From Desulfomicrobium sp. (GTDB lineage Bacteria; Desulfobacterota; Desulfovibrionia; Desulfovibrionales; Desulfomicrobiaceae): a stretch of DNA of 64,000 nucleotides. A model generated the notes under the pieces. The model was not told the DNA's origin. It made no database searches and saw only the letters and a program-made list of their open reading frames with translations. Shown here in pieces: positions 1 through 9,591 of this stretch. The position numbers and the translations under genes are program-made. The number at the start of each line of letters is the position of its first letter. The first letter of the stretch is position 1. The DNA is taken from positions 384,001 through 448,000 of the forward strand of contig JAXGMI010000002.1 of NCBI GenBank assembly GCA_040768745.1. Reading direction: 5' to 3'.

Positions 1-723
1 CTGGCAGCCTCCGTCCAGACCGAACAGAAAGGCCCTTTCGGCTTCCACGCATGCCCTGGAAGGCTGGTGATCCAGAAATGCCAGCAGTTTGTCCAGTTCA
101 TGCCGGTCCGAGCGGTACTCGATGCCCAGGGCCCCCTGCGCCACTGCAGGGTAAAAGGTCGGGGGGCTCAGTTCCTGCATGTGCGGGGCCGACAGCCCCA
201 GCCGGCGCAAGCCGGCCATGGCCACGATGATGGCGTCGAATTCGCCGCTCATCAGTTTGCCCACCCGCGTGTCCAGATTGCCGCGCAGGGAGACGATCTG
301 AAGGTCGCGGCGCAGGCTCATGAGCTGAGTCTGGCGGCGCAGGCTGCTGGTTCCCACCTTGGCGCAGGGCGGCAGAGAGGCGATGTCGGAAAACCTGGCA
401 CTCAGGAAGCAGTCCGTGGGTACCTCGCGCTCCGGGATGATCCCGAGTTTCAGCCCCTGGGGCAGATCGGCCGGCACATCCTTCATGGAGTGCACGGCTA
501 TATCGGCCTCACCGGCCAGCAGGGCCTCTTCGATCTCTTTCACAAAGAGGCCCTTACCCCCGATCTTGGCCAGAGGGACATCCAGGATCTTGTCCCCTTT
601 GGTCTTAATGATATTCAACCCAACGGAAATGCCAGGGTATTTGGACCGGAGCAGATCCGAAATATGGTGCGCCTGCCACAGGGCCAGCTTGCTTCCGCGG
701 GTTGCGATGCGAATGGTTTTCAT
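1..723 (-). CDS. hemC: Hydroxymethylbilane synthase (porphobilinogen deaminase); 3' end runs off the window
   Basis: Manual minus-strand translation from ATG at 723 gives [18 protein letters not shown]...[11 protein letters not shown]...AVHSMKDVP...GTSSLRR...LRGNLDTR...LDGGCQ. Missing from the ORF track because it is truncated. Confidence 0.97.
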   Translation of the reverse strand, partial: MKTIRIATRGSKLALWQAHHISDLLRSKYPGISVGLNIIKTKGDKILDVPLAKIGGKGLFVKEIEEALLAGEADIAVHSMKDVPADLPQGLKLGIIPEREVPTDCFLSARFSDIASLPPCAKVGTSSLRRQTQLMSLRRDLQIVSLRGNLDTRVGKLMSGEFDAIIVAMAGLRRLGLSAPHMQELSPPTFYPAVAQGALGIEYRSDRHELDKLLAFLDHQPSRACVEAERAFLFGLDGGCQ

Positions 724-742
724 GTCGATGGGAAATCCTTGG

Positions 743-985
743 TTATCCGCAGCTGGAACAATTTCCGCCGGAACAGCTGCCGCAGCTGCTTTTGCCTCGG
801 GTGGTGAAGGCATTGGCGCTGGGCGAGCCCTTGACAATGGGTCCCCCGGTCCGGAACTGCCCACGGGACATCAGCTTGGTGGTATCCTTCGCGCCGCAGG
901 CCGGACAGGCGGGATCAGCCCCTCCCAGGACGATTTCCTCGAATTCCTTTTTGCATGCGTTGCACACATATTCAAAGATAGGCAT
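743..985 (-). CDS. FmdB-family zinc-ribbon protein
   Basis: [11 protein letters not shown]...CPACG motif and a Cys-rich tail. Confidence 0.88.
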   Translation of the reverse strand: MPIFEYVCNACKKEFEEIVLGGADPACPACGAKDTTKLMSRGQFRTGGPIVKGSPSANAFTTRGKSSCGSCSGGNCSSCG

Positions 986-994
986 AATTCCTCC

Positions 995-1612
995 TTATTT
1001 CCTGATCAGGCCAGGGTCGAGCTCGGCAACGGCCTCGAAAAGATAATGGTCAACCAGCCAGCAAAGCAGATGTCCAATGGCCGCGTGTACCTCCTGGACC
1101 AGCGGGGTGCGGCTGTCCGGGACGATCAGGGCATGGCGACAGTGGGCGACCATGCCCCCGCCGTCTCCTCCTCCCAGACCCACGGTGACGAGGCCGTTTT
1201 CCAAGCCCACACGGAGCGCCTCGTTGACGTTGGGACTCTGGCCCGAGGTGGATATCCCGATCAGAACATCCCCGGGACGCCCCAGGGCCTGGACCTGCTT
1301 GCTGAAAACCTGGGCAAAGGAATAATCGTTGGCAATGGCGGTCAGGGCCGAGGTATCCGTGGTCAGGGCGATGGCCGGAAGAGGGGGACGCTCCATGAGA
1401 AAACGGTTGACCATTTCCGCGGCGAGATGCTGGGCGTCGGCCGCGCTGCCGCCATTGCCGCAGAAAAGGATCTTCCCGCCCCCTGTCAGGCTGAACGCCA
1501 TGGCCCGCGCGACGTCGTCCACGCACTGGGCGTTGTCTGAAAAAAAAGCTTCCCGAAGCCGGGCTCCGTCATGGGCGTGGTTCATGATGATTTGCCGGGC
1601 GCGGTTGGTCAT
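995..1612 (-). CDS. gmhA: D-sedoheptulose 7-phosphate isomerase
   Basis: GNGGSAADAQH, TAIANDY and ISTSGQS motifs; start placed at MTNRAR downstream of a GAGGA RBS. Confidence 0.95.
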   Translation of the reverse strand: MTNRARQIIMNHAHDGARLREAFFSDNAQCVDDVARAMAFSLTGGGKILFCGNGGSAADAQHLAAEMVNRFLMERPPLPAIALTTDTSALTAIANDYSFAQVFSKQVQALGRPGDVLIGISTSGQSPNVNEALRVGLENGLVTVGLGGGDGGGMVAHCRHALIVPDSRTPLVQEVHAAIGHLLCWLVDHYLFEAVAELDPGLIRK

Positions 1613-2068
1613 AGCCTTTTCCTCATTGTGCATGTTCAACAGGACGTTGGTTTGTAAGTTCCCCCCCGCCCTTTGGCAAGGGTTTCTTCCCCGGGACAAC
1701 CTCCTAAGGGCTCGCACAGAGTGGTTTCTCCGGCCGGCATGCACGCATCCGTATGGTCAGGCGGCACGAGGTTCATGTTCGTGACACGGTAATGTGATCT
1801 GCCCACAGAACGTGCTGTCAGGGAAACCGATTTCAATCTTCCCCCGCACGGTGCGTCAACGCAACCTTTCTTTCCTCACAAGACGCCCGGAATGCCCAGG
1901 CAGTGTGGCTCTCCCAGGATTTAATTCTAATAATCTTGAATCACTGATTATTTTATTCCGGATACCATCTCTTGGACACAAAATGTCTAAAACGCAAATT
2001 CCTTTATTTTTTTGGTTTTCTCGTTTAGAAAACCGTCACTTTCTAACACTTACTCATGGAGGTTGTTT

Positions 2069-3235
2069 GTGAAGAAATCTGCCCGTGTTTTCCTGGCCTT
2101 GGCATGCGTGCTACTCTTTACTGCGGCCGCGGGTGCCGAGAAGATCAAGCTCGGTTTCAACATTCCGCTGACCGGCGACATCCCCAAAGTAGGTGAGATG
2201 GCCAAGCAGTCCGCTGAAATGCTCAAGGAGCAGATCAACGCCAAAGGCGGACTCGATGTCGGAGGCAAGAAGTACCAGCTGGAATTCGTGTACGTTGACA
2301 ACGAAACCAAGCCCGAGTCTGCAGTCAACGCAGCCCTGAAGCTGATCGAAGGCGAGAAGGTCCTGGCCATGATCGGCCCCATGGGTTCCGGACGGGCCGT
2401 TCCCGCCGGCGAAGTGGCCAACAACCAGAAGACCGTCATGGTCGCCCCCTGGTCCACCAACCCCAAGACCACCATCGACCGCCCCTATGTCTTCCGCGCC
2501 TGCTTCCTGGACGACTTCCAGGGGCCGGTGGCAGCCAAGTTCGCCACCCAACAGCTGAAGGCCAAAACCGCCGCGGTCCTGTTCGACGTGGCCCAGGACT
2601 ACTCCAAGGGCCTGGCTGAATTCTTCAAGCAGAGCTTCGAAAAGCTGCATGGCGCCGGCTCCGTGGTCGCCTTCGAGACCTTCACCACCAAGGACGTGGA
2701 CTTCTCCGCCCAGCTGACCAAGATCATCAAGGGCAAGCCCGACGTCCTGTTCACCCCCCAGTACTACAACGAAGTGCCCCTCATCGTCCGCCAGGCCCGC
2801 GAACTGGGCTTCAAGGGCCCGATCCTCGGTTCCGACTCCTGGGGCTCCGCCGAACTCATGGGCCTGTGCGGCGACGACTGCAAGGGCCAGTACTTCGTGA
2901 CCCACTACGCCGCCGCCGGCGCCAAGGGCGCGACCAAGCAGTTCATCGACAACTTCAACGCCAAGTACGGCCAGATCCCCGATGACGTCGGCGCCCTGAC
3001 CTGGGACGCCACCAACATGGCCCTGGCCGCCATCCAGAAGATGGGCGCCCTGTCCGGCGACCTGGGCAAGGACCGCGAGGGCCTGCGCACGGCCATGGCC
3101 TCCATGCGCGGTTTCGAGGGCATCACCGGGACCATGAGCTACGACGGCAAGATCGGTGACCCGTTGAAATGTGCCGTCATCGTCAAGATCAACGACGCGG
3201 GCGAGTTCACCTTCCATGAAACCGTCTGTCCGTAA
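2069..3235 (+). CDS. livK: Branched-chain amino acid ABC transporter substrate-binding protein
   Basis: GTG start after GGAGG, signal peptide, Leu/Ile/Val-binding protein features, first gene of a liv operon. Confidence 0.9.
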   Translation: MKKSARVFLALACVLLFTAAAGAEKIKLGFNIPLTGDIPKVGEMAKQSAEMLKEQINAKGGLDVGGKKYQLEFVYVDNETKPESAVNAALKLIEGEKVLAMIGPMGSGRAVPAGEVANNQKTVMVAPWSTNPKTTIDRPYVFRACFLDDFQGPVAAKFATQQLKAKTAAVLFDVAQDYSKGLAEFFKQSFEKLHGAGSVVAFETFTTKDVDFSAQLTKIIKGKPDVLFTPQYYNEVPLIVRQARELGFKGPILGSDSWGSAELMGLCGDDCKGQYFVTHYAAAGAKGATKQFIDNFNAKYGQIPDDVGALTWDATNMALAAIQKMGALSGDLGKDREGLRTAMASMRGFEGITGTMSYDGKIGDPLKCAVIVKINDAGEFTFHETVCP

Positions 3236-3248
3236 GCCTGACTGATCC

Positions 3249-3270
3249 CCGGGGGGCCGCGGCCCCCCGG
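3249..3270. terminator. GC-rich perfect palindrome after livK (mRNA-stabilising or terminating hairpin)
   Basis: CCGGGGGGCCGCGGCCCCCCGG. Confidence 0.55.
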
Positions 3271-3306
3271 TCATCCTCCATCCCAACCGACTTTTTCGGG
3301 TCCGAT

Positions 3307-4233
3307 ATGCTTGAAACTATCATCCAACAGGGCATCAACGCCCTGCAGCTGGGCAGCTACTACTCGCTCATCGCATTGGGCTACTGCCTGGTCTACGGAG
3401 TGCTGCTGCTCATCAACTTTGCCCACGGCGACATCTTCATGGTTGGCGCCTACATCGCCTTTTTCTGCGCCACGGCATTTCTGGGCAAGTTCGGCTACAT
3501 CGATCCCGGCATGCCGGGCTGGATCGTCCTGGCCCTGACCGTGCCCCTGACCATGCTGCTGACTTCGGGGGTCGGCGTCTTCATCGAGCGCGTGGCCTAC
3601 CGGCCCCTGCGCCTCAAGGGAGCCAACCGACTCTATGTGGTCATCACGGCGCTGATGATGGGCATCGTCCTGGAGTACGGCAATCTGGCCATGCTCGGCG
3701 CATCGCGAAAGTCCTTCCCGACCCTGGTCCCCCGGACCATCTTCGAGATCGGCGGGGCCACGGTGACGAGCCTGAAGCTGGCCGCCATCGTCACCAGCTT
3801 CCTGGTCTTTGGCCTCTTGCAGTGGATCGTGACCCGCACCAAATTGGGCATGGCCATGCGCGCCGTATCCTACGACAAATTCGCCGTTCCGCTCATGGGC
3901 ATTCCCCTTGACATCATCATCGTGTTCACCTTCTTCCTGGGCTCGTCCATGGCCGGTCTGGCCGGACTGCTCTACGCCATGAATTTCCCTGTCCTGGACC
4001 CCTTCATGGGTGCCCTGGTCGGCTGGAAGGCCTTTATCGCCGCCGTCGTCGGCGGCATCGGCGACATCCGCGGGGCCTTCATCGGCGGCTTCCTGCTGGC
4101 CTTTCTGGAAGTGACGGTGGCCGCAACCTTCAGTTCCGAGCTGCGCGACCTGATCTCCTTCACCATCCTGTTGGGCATTCTCTCCTGGAAACCAACCGGG
4201 CTCTTCGGCAAGCCCAGAACCACAAAGATCTGA
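3307..4233 (+). CDS. livH: Branched-chain amino acid ABC transporter permease
   Basis: INFAHGD motif, hydrophobic segments, GGIG motif. Confidence 0.93.
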   Translation: MLETIIQQGINALQLGSYYSLIALGYCLVYGVLLLINFAHGDIFMVGAYIAFFCATAFLGKFGYIDPGMPGWIVLALTVPLTMLLTSGVGVFIERVAYRPLRLKGANRLYVVITALMMGIVLEYGNLAMLGASRKSFPTLVPRTIFEIGGATVTSLKLAAIVTSFLVFGLLQWIVTRTKLGMAMRAVSYDKFAVPLMGIPLDIIIVFTFFLGSSMAGLAGLLYAMNFPVLDPFMGALVGWKAFIAAVVGGIGDIRGAFIGGFLLAFLEVTVAATFSSELRDLISFTILLGILSWKPTGLFGKPRTTKI

Positions 4234-4236
4234 ACC

Positions 4237-5253
4237 ATGAGTCTACGCCTCACCACACCAACGGCGCTGTGCGCCTTGCTTCTGGGCCTCGTCGGCCTGA
4301 CCCAGATCGGCATCCTGGGACAGTATGAGCAGACCTTCCTGTGCACCATGGGCATCTACATGATCCTGGCTGCCAGTCTGAACCTGGTCAACGGCTATAT
4401 GGGCGAATTCAGCTGCGGCCACGCCGGCTTCATGGCTGTGGGCGCCTACACGGCATCCATCGTCGGAGTGATCCTGTTCGTTGGCGACCCCAACTTCGGC
4501 CCTGCCCTGCTGCCCATGGAACTGGCCCCCCTGGCCTTCCCGGTCATTCTGGCGGCGGGCTTCGCCTCTGCCGCCGTGGTCGGCCTGCTGGTTGCCATCC
4601 CGTCGTTCAAGACGCGCGGCGACTATCTGGCCGTCATCACCCTGGCCGCCGGCTATATCGTCAAGAGCGCCCTGGAGAACATCGAGGTTGTGGGCGGTCC
4701 CAGAGGCTTCATGGGCATGAAGAAGGTGACCCTGGGCATCGAGGAGACCTTCGCCGTGCCCTGGATGCTGATCTGGATCTTCATCGGCGTCGTCCTGACC
4801 GTCTGGCTGCTGCGGCGCTTCGTCTACTCGACGTACGGCAAGGGGGTCATGGCCATCCACCAGGACGAGGTTGCGGCCGAGATCATGAGTGTGAACACCA
4901 ACCACATGAAGCTCGTGGCCTTCATGCTCTCCTCGGGCTTGGCCGGGCTGGCGGGCGGCCTCTACGCATACCTGATCGGCTTCGTGAATCCGGCCTCCTT
5001 CACCATCCTGCGCTCCACGGAGTGTCTGGTCATGGTCTACATGGGCGGCATGGGATCCCTGACCGGCTCCATCCTGGCCGCGGGCATCTTCACCATCATG
5101 CTGGAATTCCTGAAGCCCCTGGAGCAGCTCAAATGGGTGGCCATCCCCATGCTGCTCATCCTGCTCATGCAGTTCAGACCCGAAGGGATCATGGGCAATC
5201 GTGAACTTTCGGACGTCTTCCCCAAACTCAAGCGCTTCTACAGGTTCAAATAA
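4237..5253 (+). CDS. livM: Branched-chain amino acid ABC transporter permease
   Basis: GEFSCGHAGF, RGDYLAVITL and RPEGIMG motifs. Confidence 0.93.
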   Translation: MSLRLTTPTALCALLLGLVGLTQIGILGQYEQTFLCTMGIYMILAASLNLVNGYMGEFSCGHAGFMAVGAYTASIVGVILFVGDPNFGPALLPMELAPLAFPVILAAGFASAAVVGLLVAIPSFKTRGDYLAVITLAAGYIVKSALENIEVVGGPRGFMGMKKVTLGIEETFAVPWMLIWIFIGVVLTVWLLRRFVYSTYGKGVMAIHQDEVAAEIMSVNTNHMKLVAFMLSSGLAGLAGGLYAYLIGFVNPASFTILRSTECLVMVYMGGMGSLTGSILAAGIFTIMLEFLKPLEQLKWVAIPMLLILLMQFRPEGIMGNRELSDVFPKLKRFYRFK

Positions 5254-5254
5254 C

Positions 5255-6022
5255 ATGGCCTTGCTCGAAATCAACGATCTCACCCAACGTTTCGGCGGAC
5301 TCCTGGCCGTCAACGAATTCTCGGTGCGCCTGGAAGGCCGGGAACTCTGCGCCCTTATCGGTCCCAACGGAGCCGGCAAGACCACGGTCTTCAACCTGGT
5401 CAGTGGATTCTACCAGCCCACCTCCGGGTCCATCAAAATTGCGGGCAAGGACACCAGGGGGCTGAAGCCGCACCAGGTCACGTCCCTGGGGGTGGCCCGC
5501 ACCTTCCAGAACATCCGCCTGTGGAACGATATGACGGTGCTGGACAACATCAAGGTCAGCCAGCATTACCGTCTGGGATACAGCCTGATGGACTCCCTCC
5601 TGCGCACACGACGGTATACGGACCGTGAGGCAGATATCGACCATACCGCGATGGAATTGCTGGATTTCATGGGCATGCGCGAACTGGCGGATGAATTTCC
5701 GCCCAACTTGCCCTATGGCGTCCAGCGCAAGGTCGAGATCGCCCGCGCCCTGTCCATCAAGCCAAAGCTTCTCCTTCTGGACGAACCGGCCGCAGGCCTG
5801 CCTTCCACAGATGTGGTGGAACTGATCAAACTCATTGAATGGATCCACAAGGAACTGGACCTGGCCATCTGGATGATTGAACACCAGATGACGGTGGTCA
5901 TGAGCCTGTGCAACTGGATCAAGGTCATCGATTTCGGGTCCACCATCGCCGAAGGCACTCCCGAGGACATCCGCAACAACCCCGTCGTCATCCGGGCCTA
6001 TCTGGGGGATGAAAACATCTGA
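5255..6022 (+). CDS. livG: Branched-chain amino acid ABC transporter ATP-binding protein
   Basis: GPNGAGKT, ARTFQNIRL, LLLLDEPAAG, terminal AYLG. Confidence 0.94.
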   Translation: MALLEINDLTQRFGGLLAVNEFSVRLEGRELCALIGPNGAGKTTVFNLVSGFYQPTSGSIKIAGKDTRGLKPHQVTSLGVARTFQNIRLWNDMTVLDNIKVSQHYRLGYSLMDSLLRTRRYTDREADIDHTAMELLDFMGMRELADEFPPNLPYGVQRKVEIARALSIKPKLLLLDEPAAGLPSTDVVELIKLIEWIHKELDLAIWMIEHQMTVVMSLCNWIKVIDFGSTIAEGTPEDIRNNPVVIRAYLGDENI

Positions 6023-6744
6023 TGCTTTCTGTCACCAATCTCAAAGTCAAATACGGCAACACCGAAGCCCTGCACGGCATCTCCTTCGAAGTGCGACAGG
6101 GTGAAATCGTGACCCTCATCGGCGCCAACGGCGCGGGCAAGACCACCACCCTCCTGTCCATCTCCCGTCTCGGCCCGCCCGAGGGGCCCAGGATCGTTGA
6201 AGGCGACATCACATACAACGGTCAAAGCCTCCTGGGGATCTCTCCACATGAGGTTGTCAGCAGGATGCGCATGGCCTTGGCTCCTGAAGGGCGGCACATT
6301 TTCGGCAATCTGACGGTGGAGGAAAACCTGAAGCTGGCCACCTACGCCCGGACAGACTCGGATCGGATCAAAACCGACTACCAGCGGGTGTACGACCTCT
6401 TTCCCCGGTTGGTGGAGCGCCGGAAGCAGCGCAGCGAATCCCTGTCCGGGGGCGAACAGCAGATGCTGGCCGTTGGCAGGGCACTGATGACCGGGGCCGA
6501 CTTCATCATGCTCGACGAGCCGTCCATGGGCCTGGCCCCGCTTCTCATGTATGACATGTTCCGGGCCCTGAAGGAACTCAATGGCCAGGGCATGACGCTG
6601 CTCCTGATCGAACAGAACGCGCGCATCGCCCTGCAGTTCGCCCATCGCGGCTATGTGCTGGACACCGGGGCTATCGTGGCCGAAGGGCTGGCCCAGGAGC
6701 TGATGAACAACCCGGATGTGAAGAAGGCCTATCTCGGCGGCTAG
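6022..6744 (+). CDS. livF: Branched-chain amino acid ABC transporter ATP-binding protein
   Basis: GANGAGKT, LSGGEQQML, DEPSMGLAP. Confidence 0.94.
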   Translation: MLSVTNLKVKYGNTEALHGISFEVRQGEIVTLIGANGAGKTTTLLSISRLGPPEGPRIVEGDITYNGQSLLGISPHEVVSRMRMALAPEGRHIFGNLTVEENLKLATYARTDSDRIKTDYQRVYDLFPRLVERRKQRSESLSGGEQQMLAVGRALMTGADFIMLDEPSMGLAPLLMYDMFRALKELNGQGMTLLLIEQNARIALQFAHRGYVLDTGAIVAEGLAQELMNNPDVKKAYLGG

Positions 6745-6808
6745 CACACGGCAATTTTGTCCCCCATTCAAGCTCAAGCAATACTTGAGCTTGTTTTTTC
6801 AGCAAACC

Positions 6809-7330
6809 ATGGCATCATCAAACATCATCCTCATCGGCATGGCTGCGGCTGGCAAATCCACCATCGGCCGGCGCTTGGCCAAACATTTGCGCTGGGCCTT
6901 TGTGGACACGGACCTGCTCATGGAAGCATGGTGGGGCGCGCCATTGCAACACATCCGCGACTCCCTGGGACTCACGGCCTTTCTGCAGGCCGAAGCCGAC
7001 CAGATATTGCGTCTCAACCTGCGCCAATGTGTGGTGGGCACCGGAGGAAGCGTGGTCTATTCCGAGGCGGCCATGGCCCACCTTGCCGATCTGGGGGTCA
7101 TCGTGCACCTGAAGTCCTCCTTTACAAGCATCGCCCGGCGTCTGACCAACCCCGCTTCCCGTGGGCTGGCCATGGGGCCCAACCAGACCCTGCGGGAACT
7201 CTATGACGAGAGGGCTCCGCTGTACGCCCGCTTCGCCCAGGTGACCGTGAACACTGACTCTACGGACATGAACCAGATCTGCTCCTCCATTGTCCAGGGC
7301 GTAAACCCACTTTTGCAGGAAAACGCGTGA
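6809..7330 (+). CDS. Shikimate-kinase-fold small-molecule kinase (shikimate kinase or Desulfovibrio-type homoserine kinase)
   Basis: GMAAAGKST P-loop, DTD, TGGS, ERAPLY. Confidence 0.8.
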   Translation: MASSNIILIGMAAAGKSTIGRRLAKHLRWAFVDTDLLMEAWWGAPLQHIRDSLGLTAFLQAEADQILRLNLRQCVVGTGGSVVYSEAAMAHLADLGVIVHLKSSFTSIARRLTNPASRGLAMGPNQTLRELYDERAPLYARFAQVTVNTDSTDMNQICSSIVQGVNPLLQENA

Positions 7331-7938
7331 TCAAGAAACCCTTGCCGGCCCAGGTCTTTCGCAAACTGTCCGTCCTCTACGAGGACATGCAGACCCAATA
7401 CGTGAATCACGCCCAGGTCCTGGGCCTGACCTGTGACCAGTGTGCAGACAACTGCTGCACCAGTTATTTCCAGCACCACACCCGCGTTGAATGGGCCTAC
7501 CTGTGGGAGGGACTTTCGGAACTTCCAGACCAGACCCGCAACAAATTCACGCAGCGGGCCCGGGATTACGTGCGCCTGGCCGGGGAAGCCCTGGCCGAGG
7601 GGCGGCGGCCCGCCATCATGTGCCCGCTCAACGACGAGGGCAGGTGCGGGATGTATGCGCACAGACTGATGATATGCAGGCTGCACGGGGTTCCCAATCG
7701 CTTGCGCTTTCCGAGTGGAAAGGTTGTGGACTTCCCGGGCTGTTACCGCAGCCAAGCCCTGTGCGCCAACAGGATTGTCTTTCCCGTCCTGGACCGCACC
7801 GCGATGTACGCCCGGCTCATGGAGCTGGAGATGCAGTTCGTCGGCCCCAGACGAGTACGGACCCTCCCACGAGTTGATCTGACCCTGGCCGAAATGATAG
7901 TGCAGGGCCCACCACAACCTCACGCATCAGGAGACTGA
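7327..7938 (+). CDS. YkgJ-like cysteine-cluster (CxxCxxxCC) protein
   Basis: CDQCADNCC...CPLN...CGMYAHRLMICR. Confidence 0.75.
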   Translation: MIKKPLPAQVFRKLSVLYEDMQTQYVNHAQVLGLTCDQCADNCCTSYFQHHTRVEWAYLWEGLSELPDQTRNKFTQRARDYVRLAGEALAEGRRPAIMCPLNDEGRCGMYAHRLMICRLHGVPNRLRFPSGKVVDFPGCYRSQALCANRIVFPVLDRTAMYARLMELEMQFVGPRRVRTLPRVDLTLAEMIVQGPPQPHASGD

Positions 7939-7939
7939 C

Positions 7940-8437
7940 ATGTGCCGCCGCGTCATGCTGGGTCTTGGACTCGCTCTGTTGCTCACGGCCTGCGCCCATT
8001 TGAGCGTCATCCACCTGGACAAGAAGCCCTGGGCCCTCGGCCAGGAGGACAGCTTGACCATGCGTTTCTGGGAATTCTCCTACACCAGTCGTCTCCAGAA
8101 CAACAAGCTGGTTGTCTCCGGAACGGCCAGACCAGTGCAGGGCTCCATCCCGCCATGGGCGACCTGGATTCAGGATCTGTGGTTGCAGATCTACCTCAGC
8201 GACGACCAGAGCAAGGTTCTGGCCAAGGATCTGCGGCTCTATCTGCCCATGGCCCTGGATCACACCCATGGAGTGCCTTTTGAATTCCACCTCATGCCCG
8301 AGGCCCTGGGTTCCTCGGGACCCCTCTACGTGTCCTTCGGGTACCGCATGGAGCTGACCCCGGGCAGAACCAGGCAGACGTCACCCGGAGAAAGCCCGCA
8401 GGTCTTTTTCGCCAGTCAAGGCGCGCTCTTCCAGTAG
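7940..8437 (+). CDS. Putative lipoprotein
   Basis: Signal peptide with an LTAC lipobox. Confidence 0.7.
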   Translation: MCRRVMLGLGLALLLTACAHLSVIHLDKKPWALGQEDSLTMRFWEFSYTSRLQNNKLVVSGTARPVQGSIPPWATWIQDLWLQIYLSDDQSKVLAKDLRLYLPMALDHTHGVPFEFHLMPEALGSSGPLYVSFGYRMELTPGRTRQTSPGESPQVFFASQGALFQ

Positions 8438-8446
8438 CTTCACCTG

Positions 8447-8481
8447 AAAAAAACGCCAGGAAGCATCGGCTTCCTGGCGTT
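8447..8481 (-). terminator. Rho-independent terminator between convergent genes
   Basis: A-run plus a 13-bp stem, AACGCCAGGAAGC/GCTTCCTGGCGTT. Confidence 0.8.
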
Positions 8482-8513
8482 CATGATCGCTGGGACCGGA
8501 TGAAAAGCGGGTC

Positions 8514-8996
8514 CTAGTTGATCGTGCGCGATTCATCCCGCAGTTGCACCACCAGGGATTGGGCCAACTGACGGGCTTGATCCGTTTTTTTCCACTCTTC
8601 GTACACATGCATCCAGTAATCAAAGCCGTAAATCTTTTGCATGAGCTGGTCTTCATGGAGGTTTACCCATGTATCGAACAAATACATTTCCGTGGCGAAA
8701 TCTTTACTGTCGAGTATCTTGGGTATTGTATTGACGGGAAACCTGTTCCCTTCGAAATTAAGCTGCAAAAATTCCACAACCGCGCGCTGGGACAGTTCCG
8801 GGGAAAGAGGCTTGTCCTTCACCCGTTCCGCCAGTTCCCAATAGTCCGGGAATTGGCTCTGCATCTGGTTCAGTTGCTCCTCTGTCAACGAGATGTACAA
8901 TTTCCCTTCGCGCTCCTCGATGAAATAATATCGGAGCCAGAACTCGAAATGGAAAACCTTGACCGTGTCATTCAACGCGTTGTGCGGCGTGGCCAT
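8514..8996 (-). CDS. Hypothetical protein
   Basis: 160-aa ORF with a GGGAG RBS, filling an otherwise empty interval. Confidence 0.75.
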   Translation of the reverse strand: MATPHNALNDTVKVFHFEFWLRYYFIEEREGKLYISLTEEQLNQMQSQFPDYWELAERVKDKPLSPELSQRAVVEFLQLNFEGNRFPVNTIPKILDSKDFATEMYLFDTWVNLHEDQLMQKIYGFDYWMHVYEEWKKTDQARQLAQSLVVQLRDESRTIN

Positions 8997-9158
8997 TTTT
9001 CTCCCCTGTATCATGGTTTTAAGTAATGATTGGCAGCCAGATGAAAAATTTCAGCAAGCATCATCCATAGAGCAAAACACAATTTCATGCTTTATTGACA
9101 AAAACTGTAAACAAAAGTAATAATGAAAATACATATACGCGATAGGTGGAGGTTGAAC

Positions 9159-9551
9159 ATGGAAGATTATGTAAAACAGGCTCTCGAGATCGTCAAAGCA
9201 CAGGCCAGCGTGCGCAATATGACTGAAGAAGAGCTGACCTCTATGGTCCGTTCCCTGACTGCAGGCATCAAAAATGTCGCCGAAGGCACGGTGCCTGAAC
9301 CTGCCAAGGTTCCAGTGGCCGATGATCCCAAAAAGGCCATCCGGGAAAAAAGTGTCATCTGCATGGAATGCGACAAATCGTTCAAGGTGCTGACCAAGCG
9401 CCACTTGGCGATGCACAACCTGACCCCCGAGGAATACCGAGAAAAATGGGGCTACAAAAAGGGCACCTCCCTGGTGGCCAAGTCCCTGGCCCGCGAGCGT
9501 CGCAAAAAAATGCAGGACATGAAGCTCTGGGAAAAGAGGGTCAAGAAATAG
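9159..9551 (+). CDS. mucR: MucR/Ros-family zinc-finger transcriptional regulator
   Basis: ICMECDKSFKVLTKRHLAMHNLTPEEYREKWG motif; GGAGG RBS. Confidence 0.92.
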   Translation: MEDYVKQALEIVKAQASVRNMTEEELTSMVRSLTAGIKNVAEGTVPEPAKVPVADDPKKAIREKSVICMECDKSFKVLTKRHLAMHNLTPEEYREKWGYKKGTSLVAKSLARERRKKMQDMKLWEKRVKK

Positions 9552-9591
9552 ATGTGGTTGGTGAACGCGGCCACGCACTGCTTTGCCGCGT

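Noticed and set aside
67..1540. Long + strand ORFs (246 aa and 393 aa)
   Set aside because: Antisense shadows of hemC, the FmdB-family gene and gmhA.
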